DNA of 54,059 bases. Source: a virus (taxonomy: Duplodnaviria; Caudoviricetes). The notes under the pieces were generated by a model. It was not told the origin of the DNA. It saw nothing but the letters and a program-made list of their open reading frames with translations, and ran no database searches. The stretch spans positions 1 through 54,059 of the IMG/VR virus record IMGVR_UViG_3300030107_001798; one strand, 5' to 3'. Made by a program: the position numbers and the translations under genes. This document shows, piece after piece, positions 1 through 7,637 of the stretch; the stretch's first letter is position 1, and each line of letters starts with the position of its first letter.

Positions 1-57
1 ACTCTATGCATTGGGATATTATCTTCCATATTTGCATTAACTTGGGCATTAACTGTG
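1..57. repeat. Terminal direct repeat, copy 1 (identical to 53995-54051)
   Basis: ACTCTATGCATTGGG...CATTAACTGTG matches exactly over 57 bp at both ends, suggesting a circular or terminally redundant genome. Confidence 0.9.
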
Positions 58-75
58 AATAAATAAGGAGTTACA

Positions 76-306
76 ATGAACAAACACTATTTTAAAATAA
101 GTCTTGGTGATAATACACATCGAGAAGCAATAAATACACTTGAAGTGTCAGGCACTTTTGAGTATGCTGTTCAATATATGTCAGGTTATATGCAAGCTTT
201 AAAAGACTTAGGTCATGTACTTGGGCCACATAATAATGTGATTTCTGTTGATGATGTCAGCATGATTCATATTGACTATGTTGACCCTTTAAAAGAATTG
301 GAGTAA
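76..306 (+). CDS. Hypothetical early protein
   Basis: ORF track; AAGGAG SD upstream. Confidence 0.75.
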   Translation: MNKHYFKISLGDNTHREAINTLEVSGTFEYAVQYMSGYMQALKDLGHVLGPHNNVISVDDVSMIHIDYVDPLKELE

Positions 307-309
307 ATA

Positions 310-741
310 ATGAAAAAAGGTAGACTTCGTAAAAATATAGTATGTGTTGATGGTTTTAAATTTAGCGTACAAGCTAGTGAGGGGCATAAGTGTTACCCAC
401 CAGTAAATCAAAACTTAAGAGATGAAGGTACAAATGAATCATTACCTGATTATATTCAAGAAAAATATGGAATTAATGAAGAAGTAATAAATGTACATTA
501 CACTCATCTTGAATGTGGTTTCCCATCTGTTAAAGAAGATTTGCTAATACCTTGGCATGAATGTGCAGATAAAGACGAAAATGGTAACTGGTATATACCA
601 GAGTTTTACCCACCTGGAGATGTTGATTGGAATTGGGTTTATTATGGAGTACCAGCAAGAGTTGTAATGGATGTAATAGTAAAGCATGGTGGTATTGTTA
701 GTGGTAGTTTGCCACCATTATCTTTTAATAAACATAAATAG
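310..741 (+). CDS. Phage hypothetical protein
   Basis: ORF track; motifs CxDGFxxSVQAS, ExGFPS and VIxKHGG recalled from uncharacterised phage proteins. Confidence 0.8.
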   Translation: MKKGRLRKNIVCVDGFKFSVQASEGHKCYPPVNQNLRDEGTNESLPDYIQEKYGINEEVINVHYTHLECGFPSVKEDLLIPWHECADKDENGNWYIPEFYPPGDVDWNWVYYGVPARVVMDVIVKHGGIVSGSLPPLSFNKHK

Positions 742-749
742 GAGTCATC

Positions 750-866
750 ATGGTAAGGTTTATAAATTTATTACACAATGCTTTAATGGTATTATTGTGT
801 AGTTTTCTTTTTGTATCTGTTGTATATGGAGTAGCAACAGTCGTATTTTTATTAGCAATTAACTAG
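750..866 (+). CDS. Small single-TM membrane protein (38 aa)
   Basis: Hand-translated MVRFINLLHNALMVLLCSFLFVSVVYGVATVVFLLAIN; AGGAG SD. Confidence 0.6.
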   Translation: MVRFINLLHNALMVLLCSFLFVSVVYGVATVVFLLAIN

Positions 867-877
867 AGGGGTAAATA

Positions 878-988
878 ATGAGTAAAAATGATTTTGTATA
901 TGGAGATATAGATTCAATGAATCATACATATAAAGTAATTAATAATATTAACAATTCAAGAAAAAAGGAAAAACATGGTAACAATTAA
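878..988 (+). CDS. Small hypothetical protein (36 aa)
   Basis: Hand-translated MSKNDFVYGDID...; GAGGGG SD. Confidence 0.45.
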   Translation: MSKNDFVYGDIDSMNHTYKVINNINNSRKKEKHGNN

Positions 989-1112
989 AGAATTACAAGA
1001 AAGTGTGCCAGACCTTATTGGCAAGATATATATGGAAGGTGCTGTAACTGTGGTAGAGATACCTCATGGTCGCATTAAAATAATGCCAAAGCATCGTAAG
1101 CCTGGTAGATAA
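975..1112 (+). CDS. Small hypothetical protein (45 aa)
   Basis: Hand-translated MVTIKELQESVPDLIGKIY...; AAGGA SD. Confidence 0.55.
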   Translation: MVTIKELQESVPDLIGKIYMEGAVTVVEIPHGRIKIMPKHRKPGR

Positions 1113-1136
1113 AAAGGAGGATTAATAATGTCTAAA

Positions 1137-1260
1137 GCATAGATAGGACAGGTTGCCACCTCATCATAGGTAGAGTGGTCTATGCAAAATTTACGACACA
1201 GGTCGATACCCGCGTCCAACAGTCGGTGAAATCATACATCCGATGAGGTGTAAGACGGGA
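1137..1260 (+). ncRNA. Putative structured RNA with a pseudoknot or alternative helix
   Basis: GCATAGAT 1137-1144 / GTCTATGC 1178-1185; CACCTCATC 1157-1165 / GATGAGGTG 1242-1250; smaller CGAC/GTCG and TCGG/CCGA stems. Confidence 0.5.
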
Positions 1261-1281
1261 CTTTTAAACTTGGAGTTTATA

Positions 1282-1461
1282 ATGACAAAAGATTATATAA
1301 TGTATGATGAAGAGGTTGTTAGAAACCTATCTAAAATGAAAGATTTAATTAATAGTATGAAGACTGCATTTGATTATGTTAGAGGTGACTCTGATGCTAG
1401 ATATATGATGATAGAGACTATTGATAAAGCTATAGAAATAATAAAACAAAAGGAGAAATAA
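1282..1461 (+). CDS. Hypothetical protein (likely start 1282, MTKDYIMY)
   Basis: In frame with ORF 1243..1461; GGAG SD precedes ATG 1282. Confidence 0.7.
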   Translation: MTKDYIMYDEEVVRNLSKMKDLINSMKTAFDYVRGDSDARYMMIETIDKAIEIIKQKEK

Positions 1462-1501
1462 ATTCATTTATCGAATATCAGATACCTTTGGTGGTGGGTA
1501 C

Positions 1502-1717
1502 ATGAAAACACCATATTATGTAATATATATAATTGCAGATGATTATTGGAGAGCTAACGAAATTTTTAAAGAAGAGACTGGATATGACTTTGATTCATCT
1601 ACTTGCGATTGCTGTGGTTCAGACTTCTGGGTAGATGAGATTGATTCTATTAAAGATGATGAAGTACCAGAAAGAAGATTTGGAAAAGATGTAAAAACAT
1701 TAACTATTATAGGATAA
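1502..1717 (+). CDS. Small acidic protein with a CxCC motif
   Basis: ORF track; TCDCCGSDF. Confidence 0.7.
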   Translation: MKTPYYVIYIIADDYWRANEIFKEETGYDFDSSTCDCCGSDFWVDEIDSIKDDEVPERRFGKDVKTLTIIG

Positions 1718-1728
1718 TGTAACAACAT

Positions 1729-1800
1729 AGCCTTTCAGCATGCTACATAAAGGCTTAAGGTTTTTTGCCTAGCGGGTGTTTTTCCACTGATAAAACTTTA
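1729..1800 (+). ncRNA. Two adjacent hairpins (putative structured RNA unit)
   Basis: AGCCTTT 1729-1735 / AAAGGCT 1749-1755; TAAGGTTTT 1756-1764 / AAAACTTTA 1792-1800 (one G-U). Confidence 0.4.
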
Positions 1801-1810
1801 CAAATATTTA

Positions 1811-2002
1811 ATCAAGCCTAACAAGTAAAACCGAAAGGGCTCACAATAATGCTATTGGAGGAAACCTAAGCAAACAATAAAAGTAATACGATGACTATAG
1901 AAACTTGTGTTAACTAGATTGGGCGTATTAATAGCACAATGCATTGCATTGGTGGAAGAGGAGAACTTGTGAGAACTTAGCTCAAAAGGCTAAAGGCTTG
2001 AT
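1811..2002 (+). ncRNA. Putative ~190-nt multi-junction structured RNA
   Basis: Nested helices ATCAAGCCT/AGGCTTGAT, CTCACAA/TTGTGAG, TGCTATT/AATAGCA, AATACG/CGTATT, plus local hairpins CC-GAAA-GG, CAATGC/GCATTG and TTAGC/GCTAA; no ORF in the track. Confidence 0.65.
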
Positions 2003-2007
2003 AATAT

Positions 2008-2078
2008 GGGCACTGTCATCTTATACCCACAACTACAATCTAAGGTATAAAGAGCTCCGCATCCTCTTGGCAGTGCCC
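2008..2078 (+). ncRNA. Stem-closed small RNA element
   Basis: GGGCACTGTC 2008-2017 / GGCAGTGCCC 2069-2078; inner TCTTATACC/GGTATAAAGA. Confidence 0.55.
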
Positions 2079-2101
2079 TAATATTTAATAAGGAGTAATC
2101 A

Positions 2102-2260
2102 ATGAAAGTATATGAATGTTTTTATTGTTATGAAAAAACTGATGAAAAAGGAATGAGAGTTTCTGGTCAGACAAAAATAACAAAAAAGATAATTAAAAAT
2201 TGCAAACCATGTGTAAATACATTTGGAGGTAAACATGGTATGTTAATAATAAAGGAGTAA
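2102..2260 (+). CDS. Small zinc-finger protein (52 aa)
   Basis: Hand-translated MKVYECFYC...CKPC...; AAGGAG SD. Confidence 0.65.
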   Translation: MKVYECFYCYEKTDEKGMRVSGQTKITKKIIKNCKPCVNTFGGKHGMLIIKE

Positions 2261-2263
2261 TAA

Positions 2264-2584
2264 ATGAGTAAAGTATCGAGTATAATTTATGATGAAAATA
2301 TGTTTGATTATTATTCAATTGAACAAATATTCACTAAACAATTAATTGATATTAAAAAAAAATATCAATTATCAAACAAGTTAATGGAAGAATTTAAAAA
2401 TGATTGGTTAGAATATATGCATCCAAGTTGTGGCTGGGATTGGGAAGAACTTGTAGACCATTATTATAATAATATGGATGTGTATGAAGTCTGTTCATGC
2501 GATTTTCTTAGTCCCGAAGAGATAAGTGAACACACAAAAATCAATCTTCAAAAACTAAATGAGATAAATATAAGGAGTAAATAA
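2264..2584 (+). CDS. Hypothetical protein
   Basis: ORF track; SD. Confidence 0.75.
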   Translation: MSKVSSIIYDENMFDYYSIEQIFTKQLIDIKKKYQLSNKLMEEFKNDWLEYMHPSCGWDWEELVDHYYNNMDVYEVCSCDFLSPEEISEHTKINLQKLNEINIRSK

Positions 2585-2823
2585 TGAGCAAACAAAAACT
2601 ATTTCAAAAGCATAAAGATGATATAGAAATAAAGCTTACACAATGCTTAGAAAGAAAGTACAAAGATGAGCAAGTGGAAGCAAAGGCAGTAAATCATGGA
2701 TGGATACAAGCATTAAAATGGGTAAAAGGATATGATAATTTATGTGATGTTCCAGTAATAACTGGAGATAAGGATACAGATGCTTTGTTAGAAGATGAAA
2801 GAATTGCTCAAGAAGGAGTATAA
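2584..2823 (+). CDS. Hypothetical protein
   Basis: ORF track; TAATG stop/start coupling; SD. Confidence 0.75.
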   Translation: MSKQKLFQKHKDDIEIKLTQCLERKYKDEQVEAKAVNHGWIQALKWVKGYDNLCDVPVITGDKDTDALLEDERIAQEGV

Positions 2824-2825
2824 AA

Positions 2826-3302
2826 ATGAAAAGAGAGACACAAAAAAGTAAAGTAAAGAAACATCTTGAGTCTGGTCAATCAATTACACCAATAGATGCA
2901 TTAGAACGATACGGATGCTTTAGGTTAGCTGCTATAATTTGGACATTGAAACATGAAGATGGTATGAATATAAAAACTGAGAATGTTAAGAATAAATATG
3001 GTACTAAGTATGGAAAATATACATTAGTTAATGACTCATGCAAAAAAGAGAATAATATATTTGATGATGAAGACTTAAATAAATTGGAGTTGTTATTAAA
3101 AATATATGGATATGAAAAGTTTGACGTTAAAGATAGTTTAAGTGGAAACAAAAGACTGAGAATTGGATATTGGAAACCTCTTAAGACTGAAGATATAGCA
3201 AAAATTCACGGCCATTGCAACTTAAGGCTAGAAGAAGTAGATTGGGAAGACGATGATTGTGGGACTTTATATTGTTATGAAATAAATCTACCAAGATTAT
3301 AA
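2826..3302 (+). CDS. Winged helix-turn-helix DNA-binding protein (HTH_39-like N-terminus)
   Basis: TQ...HLESG.SITP.DA...YGCFRLAAII..LK pattern. Confidence 0.7.
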   Translation: MKRETQKSKVKKHLESGQSITPIDALERYGCFRLAAIIWTLKHEDGMNIKTENVKNKYGTKYGKYTLVNDSCKKENNIFDDEDLNKLELLLKIYGYEKFDVKDSLSGNKRLRIGYWKPLKTEDIAKIHGHCNLRLEEVDWEDDDCGTLYCYEINLPRL

Positions 3303-3309
3303 ATAATAA

Positions 3310-3401
3310 TTTGGGGTGTAAAAATATTAATAACTAAAAAGGAATGACTTAAAAGTTAAAGATTTTTAGTGTTGGCTTGGCAGGTATGCCATCACCCCAA
3401 A
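3310..3401 (+). ncRNA. Stem-closed structured intergenic RNA
   Basis: TTTGGGGTG 3310-3318 / CACCCCAAA 3393-3401; inner ACTAAAAA/TTTTTAGT and GGCA-GGTA-TGCC. Confidence 0.5.
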
Positions 3402-3420
3402 AAATTAAAAGGAAAGCATT

Positions 3421-3636
3421 ATGATAGCAATTAAAACAACATTTACAGAAAAAGATTATGAATATTTAAAAAATGAAGTATTTTTATATCTTGAAGAATT
3501 AAGAAAATCTGGTGAAACAAATATGTTCGGAGCTGCTAGTTACATAGAAAACGATTTTGAAGTTGATAAAAATATAGCAAGAAGATTTCTATCTGAATGG
3601 ATGAAAACCTATAACAAAAAAGATAAGGAGCAATAA
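3421..3636 (+). CDS. Small phage protein
   Basis: ORF track; YL..LR.SG.TNMFGA motif recalled from phage hypotheticals. Confidence 0.75.
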   Translation: MIAIKTTFTEKDYEYLKNEVFLYLEELRKSGETNMFGAASYIENDFEVDKNIARRFLSEWMKTYNKKDKEQ

Positions 3637-3812
3637 TGAGATATTACTGGGAAGCTTTGTTTAGCACAGAATATTTTCCATATTGGGAATTTACAATGTT
3701 AATGATGATTCTACTTCAATGTAGTATGATATATAGAATGCATAGAATAGAACATAAAATAAATATAAATAATGAGACAATGAATGATGTGTTAGATGAA
3801 TTAATAGATTAA
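3636..3812 (+). CDS. Small predicted membrane protein (58 aa)
   Basis: Hand-translated MRYYWEALFSTEYFPYWEFTMLMMILLQCSMIY...; TAATG coupling and AAGGAG SD. Confidence 0.65.
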   Translation: MRYYWEALFSTEYFPYWEFTMLMMILLQCSMIYRMHRIEHKININNETMNDVLDELID

Positions 3813-3829
3813 AATAAAAGGAGAGAGAC

Positions 3830-4426
3830 ATGGGATTTGATTTAAGTGGCATTAACCCAACAGTAAATAAAGAATTTCCAACAAGATACAATGAAATACT
3901 AAAACAATATGGAAAAGATGGGTATTTAGATTGGAATAAAGAGATACCAGAAAAAGTAAAAAATGAATATTTCCAACTACAAGACGAATATCAATCAAAC
4001 AACCCCGGTGATTACTTTAGAGCAAATGTATGGTGGTGGAGACCATTATGGGATTATGTATGTCATGTATGTGATGATATTCTAATTGAAGAAGATATGG
4101 AAAAAGGCACATACAATGATGGACATGAGATAGATAATGAAAAAGCTTTAGCAATCGCTGATAGACTAAAAACATTACATAAAAATGGAGACATGCTTAA
4201 ACATCAAATAGAAAGAGAAGCTTATCTAAAGGGATTGGATAAAATAGACTGCACAACTTGTAATGGGACTGGACAAAGAAATGATGAATATGTTAAAGGG
4301 GATTGTAATGGATGTAATGGAGAAGGTAAAAGAGAAAGCTGGGAAACAAGTTATCCATTTGAAACAGATTTTGTAATGGACTTTGCAAAATTCTGTGAGC
4401 AATCTGGAGGTTTTAGTATTTGTTAA
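3830..4426 (+). CDS. Phage protein with a DnaJ-type zinc finger
   Basis: CTTCNGTG and CNGCNGEG (two CxxCxGxG repeats); no J-domain seen. Confidence 0.8.
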   Translation: MGFDLSGINPTVNKEFPTRYNEILKQYGKDGYLDWNKEIPEKVKNEYFQLQDEYQSNNPGDYFRANVWWWRPLWDYVCHVCDDILIEEDMEKGTYNDGHEIDNEKALAIADRLKTLHKNGDMLKHQIEREAYLKGLDKIDCTTCNGTGQRNDEYVKGDCNGCNGEGKRESWETSYPFETDFVMDFAKFCEQSGGFSIC

Positions 4427-4430
4427 GAAA

Positions 4431-4502
4431 TGGCCCAACAAGTTACTTTGTTAGTATTTTCAAATATTGACGTGAAATAAAAAAACAACAAAGGTTGGGC
4501 CA
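4431..4502 (+). ncRNA. Long imperfect hairpin (putative small RNA or processing stem)
   Basis: TGGCCCAAC 4431-4439 / GTTGGGCCA 4494-4502; CTTTGTT/AACAAAG; TATTTTCA/TGAAATA. Confidence 0.5.
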
Positions 4503-4524
4503 GAAATTTGCTAACCTGAGCAAG

Positions 4525-4581
4525 GAATATAAGCTGGTAGTTGTGTAAGTCTACCCAGAGCATCAACGCCAGCTATATTTC
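4525..4581 (+). ncRNA. Hairpin element
   Basis: AATATAAGCTGG / CCAGCTATATT with one bulge; inner GGTAG/CTACC. Confidence 0.4.
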
Positions 4582-4583
4582 GA

Positions 4584-4612
4584 TTGACTCTAAACCTTGA
4601 TATTATTAAATT
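4584..4612 (+). promoter_or_regulatory. Sigma70-type promoter for the recombination/replication operon
   Basis: TTGACT-N17-TAAATT, ending 24 bp before ATG 4637. Confidence 0.65.
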
Positions 4613-4636
4613 TACGAAGCATTTAGGGAGAGATAA

Positions 4637-5419
4637 ATGGATATTAAAACCATATATAGTTCCTACCTTAAGCATCAAGATTCATTAAGAGAGAGAGATA
4701 AAAATGTCTTTCATGCGTCTTCTGCAGGTAGTTGCTATAGAAAACAAATGTATTCTTATTATGATTTTCCATCTGATGAAAAAGATGATAAGTCATTTAG
4801 GTTACTAAGACTTGGGACATTAGTACATTCTGATTTAGAAAAAGCAATGTCTATGTATGAAGATAAACTTGCTGATATGCAATTACCAGAAAGTCCTATT
4901 AAAAGAAGTATTCATATTGAAGAAAAAGTAAAATATGAACCATTAGATGTAGTAGGAACATTTGACGCTGGTGAATTAATAAGAAACAGTCATACAAAAG
5001 AAGTTGAATTTAATCTCTATGATTATAAAACAGCAGCTGCATATAAATGGACTACTAAGTTTGGATTAAAGAAAAATAGAGTGGCTGGTAGTGATACCAA
5101 TTACAAACTTCAATTAGGTACTTATGCATTAACAGTAAGACATACATACGAACCAGATAGAATTAATATGTATCTTGTATGGTACAATAAAAATACATCA
5201 CAAATGAGAGAGCAAATTGTCAGCAATGAATGGATAGATAAGGCACTTGAATATTGGGCAGAAATCTATGAAATTAAAGAAGACATGGGTAAAGGATTTC
5301 AAGAAGAGTTAATTCCAGAAATTACTTATGGAGTCCCTGTCGCAGATTGGGAATGTAGGTACTGTCAATATTATAGCATATGTCCAAGTAAATTAGCTGA
5401 TAAAAAACCAAAATACTAA
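4637..5419 (+). CDS. Cas4/AddB-like PD-(D/E)xK exonuclease with Fe-S cysteines
   Basis: GSCYRK, LGTLVH, GTFD...YDYKT, QLGTY and C-terminal CRYCQYYSIC; adjacent to a recombinase. Confidence 0.85.
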   Translation: MDIKTIYSSYLKHQDSLRERDKNVFHASSAGSCYRKQMYSYYDFPSDEKDDKSFRLLRLGTLVHSDLEKAMSMYEDKLADMQLPESPIKRSIHIEEKVKYEPLDVVGTFDAGELIRNSHTKEVEFNLYDYKTAAAYKWTTKFGLKKNRVAGSDTNYKLQLGTYALTVRHTYEPDRINMYLVWYNKNTSQMREQIVSNEWIDKALEYWAEIYEIKEDMGKGFQEELIPEITYGVPVADWECRYCQYYSICPSKLADKKPKY

Positions 5420-5428
5420 GGAGAAATA

Positions 5429-6067
5429 ATGAGCAATAATAATGAAGTAATAGTAGTTGATGAGCAAATGCTACAGGCTACCGATGCAATAAGAGAAGCA
5501 ATAACAAAGAAACATAAGAAAATATCTAGAATAAAAACACCTAAACCATACATTAAAAAGAAAATGGGATTAGATTATGTAGAAATTGGATATATGAGAA
5601 AACTTGCAGATTCACATTTTCCAGGTTGGTCTTGGACAATACAAGATACTGAAGTATTGGGAAGTGAAGCATACGTTGTACATGGCAGGTTAAGATGGTA
5701 TGATGAAGGATTGTGGAGAGAAGGCGATATGGTTGCAGCTCATAGAATACAAAAGAAGCGTGGAACCAATGAATTTGTAGATATAGGTAATGATGTTAAA
5801 TCAGCTAATACTGATTGTATGAAGAAAGCATTACAAATGTATATGAATATTGCAGATGATGTTTATCGAAATCAAGTTGAAGACCTTACATTAGCTGATG
5901 AACAAAAGAATGATATTCTTGTTGTTGCTAGTGAAATAAGCGAAGAAAGAATGGAACAAATACATGGATTAATAAATGACCAAGCAATAAATACTGCAAA
6001 TTACAATTCATCAAAACTAAAACTAGAGAGAGAACTGGAGAAACAAAATGAAAAGTCTAAACAATAA
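5429..6067 (+). CDS. sak: Rad52/Sak-like single-strand annealing recombinase
   Basis: GLDYV...FPGWS...DIGNDVKSANTDCMKKA pattern; flanked by exonuclease and SSB. Confidence 0.75.
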   Translation: MSNNNEVIVVDEQMLQATDAIREAITKKHKKISRIKTPKPYIKKKMGLDYVEIGYMRKLADSHFPGWSWTIQDTEVLGSEAYVVHGRLRWYDEGLWREGDMVAAHRIQKKRGTNEFVDIGNDVKSANTDCMKKALQMYMNIADDVYRNQVEDLTLADEQKNDILVVASEISEERMEQIHGLINDQAINTANYNSSKLKLERELEKQNEKSKQ

Positions 6068-6338
6068 TTATGGAGAAATTCATTCACTTCTTACGCAAGA
6101 AGAATGTTATACAATTGGCACTAACGATGGAAAAGAATTTAGGAGAGTAGTTTATAAAGGAACTAAACTCTTAAATGGAAAGCCTATGATGGTATTTAAA
6201 ACTGAAGACAATAGTAGGTTGACAGTTAATCCATCATTTCACACTTTCACAATAGAAGAACAACCTCTGCCTCAGCCTGAAGATTTAGAGTCTAAGGTAG
6301 ATGTTTACATTAATAATAAAATAAAAAGGGAGAGATAA
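6048..6338 (+). CDS. Hypothetical protein
   Basis: ORF track; GGAG SD. Confidence 0.7.
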   Translation: MKSLNNNYGEIHSLLTQEECYTIGTNDGKEFRRVVYKGTKLLNGKPMMVFKTEDNSRLTVNPSFHTFTIEEQPLPQPEDLESKVDVYINNKIKRER

Positions 6339-6613
6339 TGGGAAAAGTCTCACAAAAAGATACTCAAGACCTCATAGATAGTGGAGTGTTGAGTAAGAAA
6401 GCTCTATCTGCAATGAAAGAAAAAAACTTAGTTGCTAAAAGCAGAACAACTATCAAAAGGTTTATGAAAACCGCTGATGGTAAATTTGTAGAACCTAAGT
6501 TATATTTTCGTGGGTCAACTGGAACAAAACCATCAAAGAAAATGGAAGAGTTCACAGCTGCTTACAATAAATTGCTAGAGAAATACACAACAACTAAAAC
6601 AAACAATAAATAA
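6338..6613 (+). CDS. Small basic hypothetical protein
   Basis: ORF track; Lys-rich; coupled to upstream stop. Confidence 0.75.
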   Translation: MGKVSQKDTQDLIDSGVLSKKALSAMKEKNLVAKSRTTIKRFMKTADGKFVEPKLYFRGSTGTKPSKKMEEFTAAYNKLLEKYTTTKTNNK

Positions 6614-6622
6614 GGAGTAATA

Positions 6623-7249
6623 ATGGCAAAAGCACTAGACGCTGTTTTTGATTCAACAGCAGTAAATAGTTGGTTACCAACTGAAGAAGGAAAGTATCCA
6701 GCTCACATAACATCTTTATCAACTAAAGAAGTTAATACAAGAGCAGGCGAAGCTATTGTTGTCAATATGACATATAAAGTAGCACCAGAAGTTGCAGATT
6801 ACAATCAAGACTTATGGGAAATGGATGGATACAACTATAAGAAAGACTCAAGTGGCGATAGAATCCCTATTATGAATGGAGATGGACAAGCAACTGCGAG
6901 TTGTGAACACTTAAAAGACAGAACTCTATATGATAATGGATTTTGGGTATTCACTGATACTTCATCTGCTAGTAAGAATCAAAGATACTTTGCTTTACTT
7001 GAAAATCTTGGCATCAAATGTGAAGATGATAAAGGTATTAAGAAATTAATGCTAGTCGAAGAAGAAGATGTAATCGGAAAACCTGTTCTTGTTGATTTAA
7101 AAAGGCAAGAATATGTAACTAAGGAAACTAGAGATTTACCAGTTGACCAACAAGAAAAGAGGTCTACGTTTAAAGTAAGTAATTTAGAGCCTTGGGAAGA
7201 TGGAGATATTCTTAGTCAAGAAGAACTTGACGATGATGTTCCATTTTAA
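6623..7249 (+). CDS. ssb: Phage single-stranded DNA-binding protein
   Basis: Acidic C-terminal tail LDDDVPF; position in the recombination module. Confidence 0.7.
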   Translation: MAKALDAVFDSTAVNSWLPTEEGKYPAHITSLSTKEVNTRAGEAIVVNMTYKVAPEVADYNQDLWEMDGYNYKKDSSGDRIPIMNGDGQATASCEHLKDRTLYDNGFWVFTDTSSASKNQRYFALLENLGIKCEDDKGIKKLMLVEEEDVIGKPVLVDLKRQEYVTKETRDLPVDQQEKRSTFKVSNLEPWEDGDILSQEELDDDVPF

Positions 7250-7261
7250 TTAAAAAAGGGT

Positions 7262-7291
7262 TTCCGTTAGTATAGAATAATAGGGTAAATT
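7262..7291 (+). promoter_or_regulatory. Putative promoter
   Basis: TTCCGT-N18-TAAATT; predicted +1 near 7298, the first base of the closing stem. Confidence 0.35.
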
Positions 7292-7364
7292 AGAGACGAG
7301 GGTAGTCAGATATATACATCTCTCTCTCGTCTCTCCCTTCGTATTCTCCCAAGAGACTACCCTC
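7292..7364 (+). ncRNA. Two-state RNA element with a CU-rich anti-Shine-Dalgarno loop
   Basis: GAGGGTAGTC 7298-7307 / GACTACCCTC 7355-7364 competes with AGAGACGAG 7292-7300 / CTCGTCTCT 7326-7334. Confidence 0.6.
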
Positions 7365-7385
7365 AAAATTTCAAAAGGAAGAGAT

Positions 7386-7637
7386 ATGAATCAAGAATCA
7401 AGTGCAGTAATCAAACTAACTAAGTCTGAAATAGAAATGGTTATTAATGCTTTACAACTTACTGAAGATGCGGCTAACCATTTCGATATAGACAATATGT
7501 TTACACATAAAATAAAACACGATTTTATTCAAATAAGAACAGATATAATACAAGGAGAAAAAGAAATTGAAACCAGAAACAAAACAAAAGAAGAAAATAG
7601 GAATGGCCCGCAAGCTTGCGAAAGCTGCGATGATTGA
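7386..7637 (+). CDS. Hypothetical protein
   Basis: ORF track; SD. Confidence 0.65.
   Translation: MNQESSAVIKLTKSEIEMVINALQLTEDAANHFDIDNMFTHKIKHDFIQIRTDIIQGEKEIETRNKTKEENRNGPQACESCDD

Noticed and set aside
1220-1262. Hammerhead ribozyme (GAAA and CCGATGA cores)
   Set aside because: The core is CCGAUGA rather than CUGAUGA, and I could not form stems I-III in any permutation
1448-1501. N-terminal extension of ORF 1502 from a non-ATG start
   Set aside because: The frame is open but has no standard start codon, and GGTGG before ATG 1502 is an adequate SD; cannot be decided without homologs
1729-4581. tRNA or tmRNA identity for the intergenic structures
   Set aside because: No cloverleaf with a T-arm GTTC motif or CCA end was recognisable
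4637-5419. CRISPR-Cas system suggested by the Cas4-like gene
   Set aside because: No cas1/cas2 and no repeat-spacer array seen; the Sak and SSB neighbours indicate a phage recombination exonuclease
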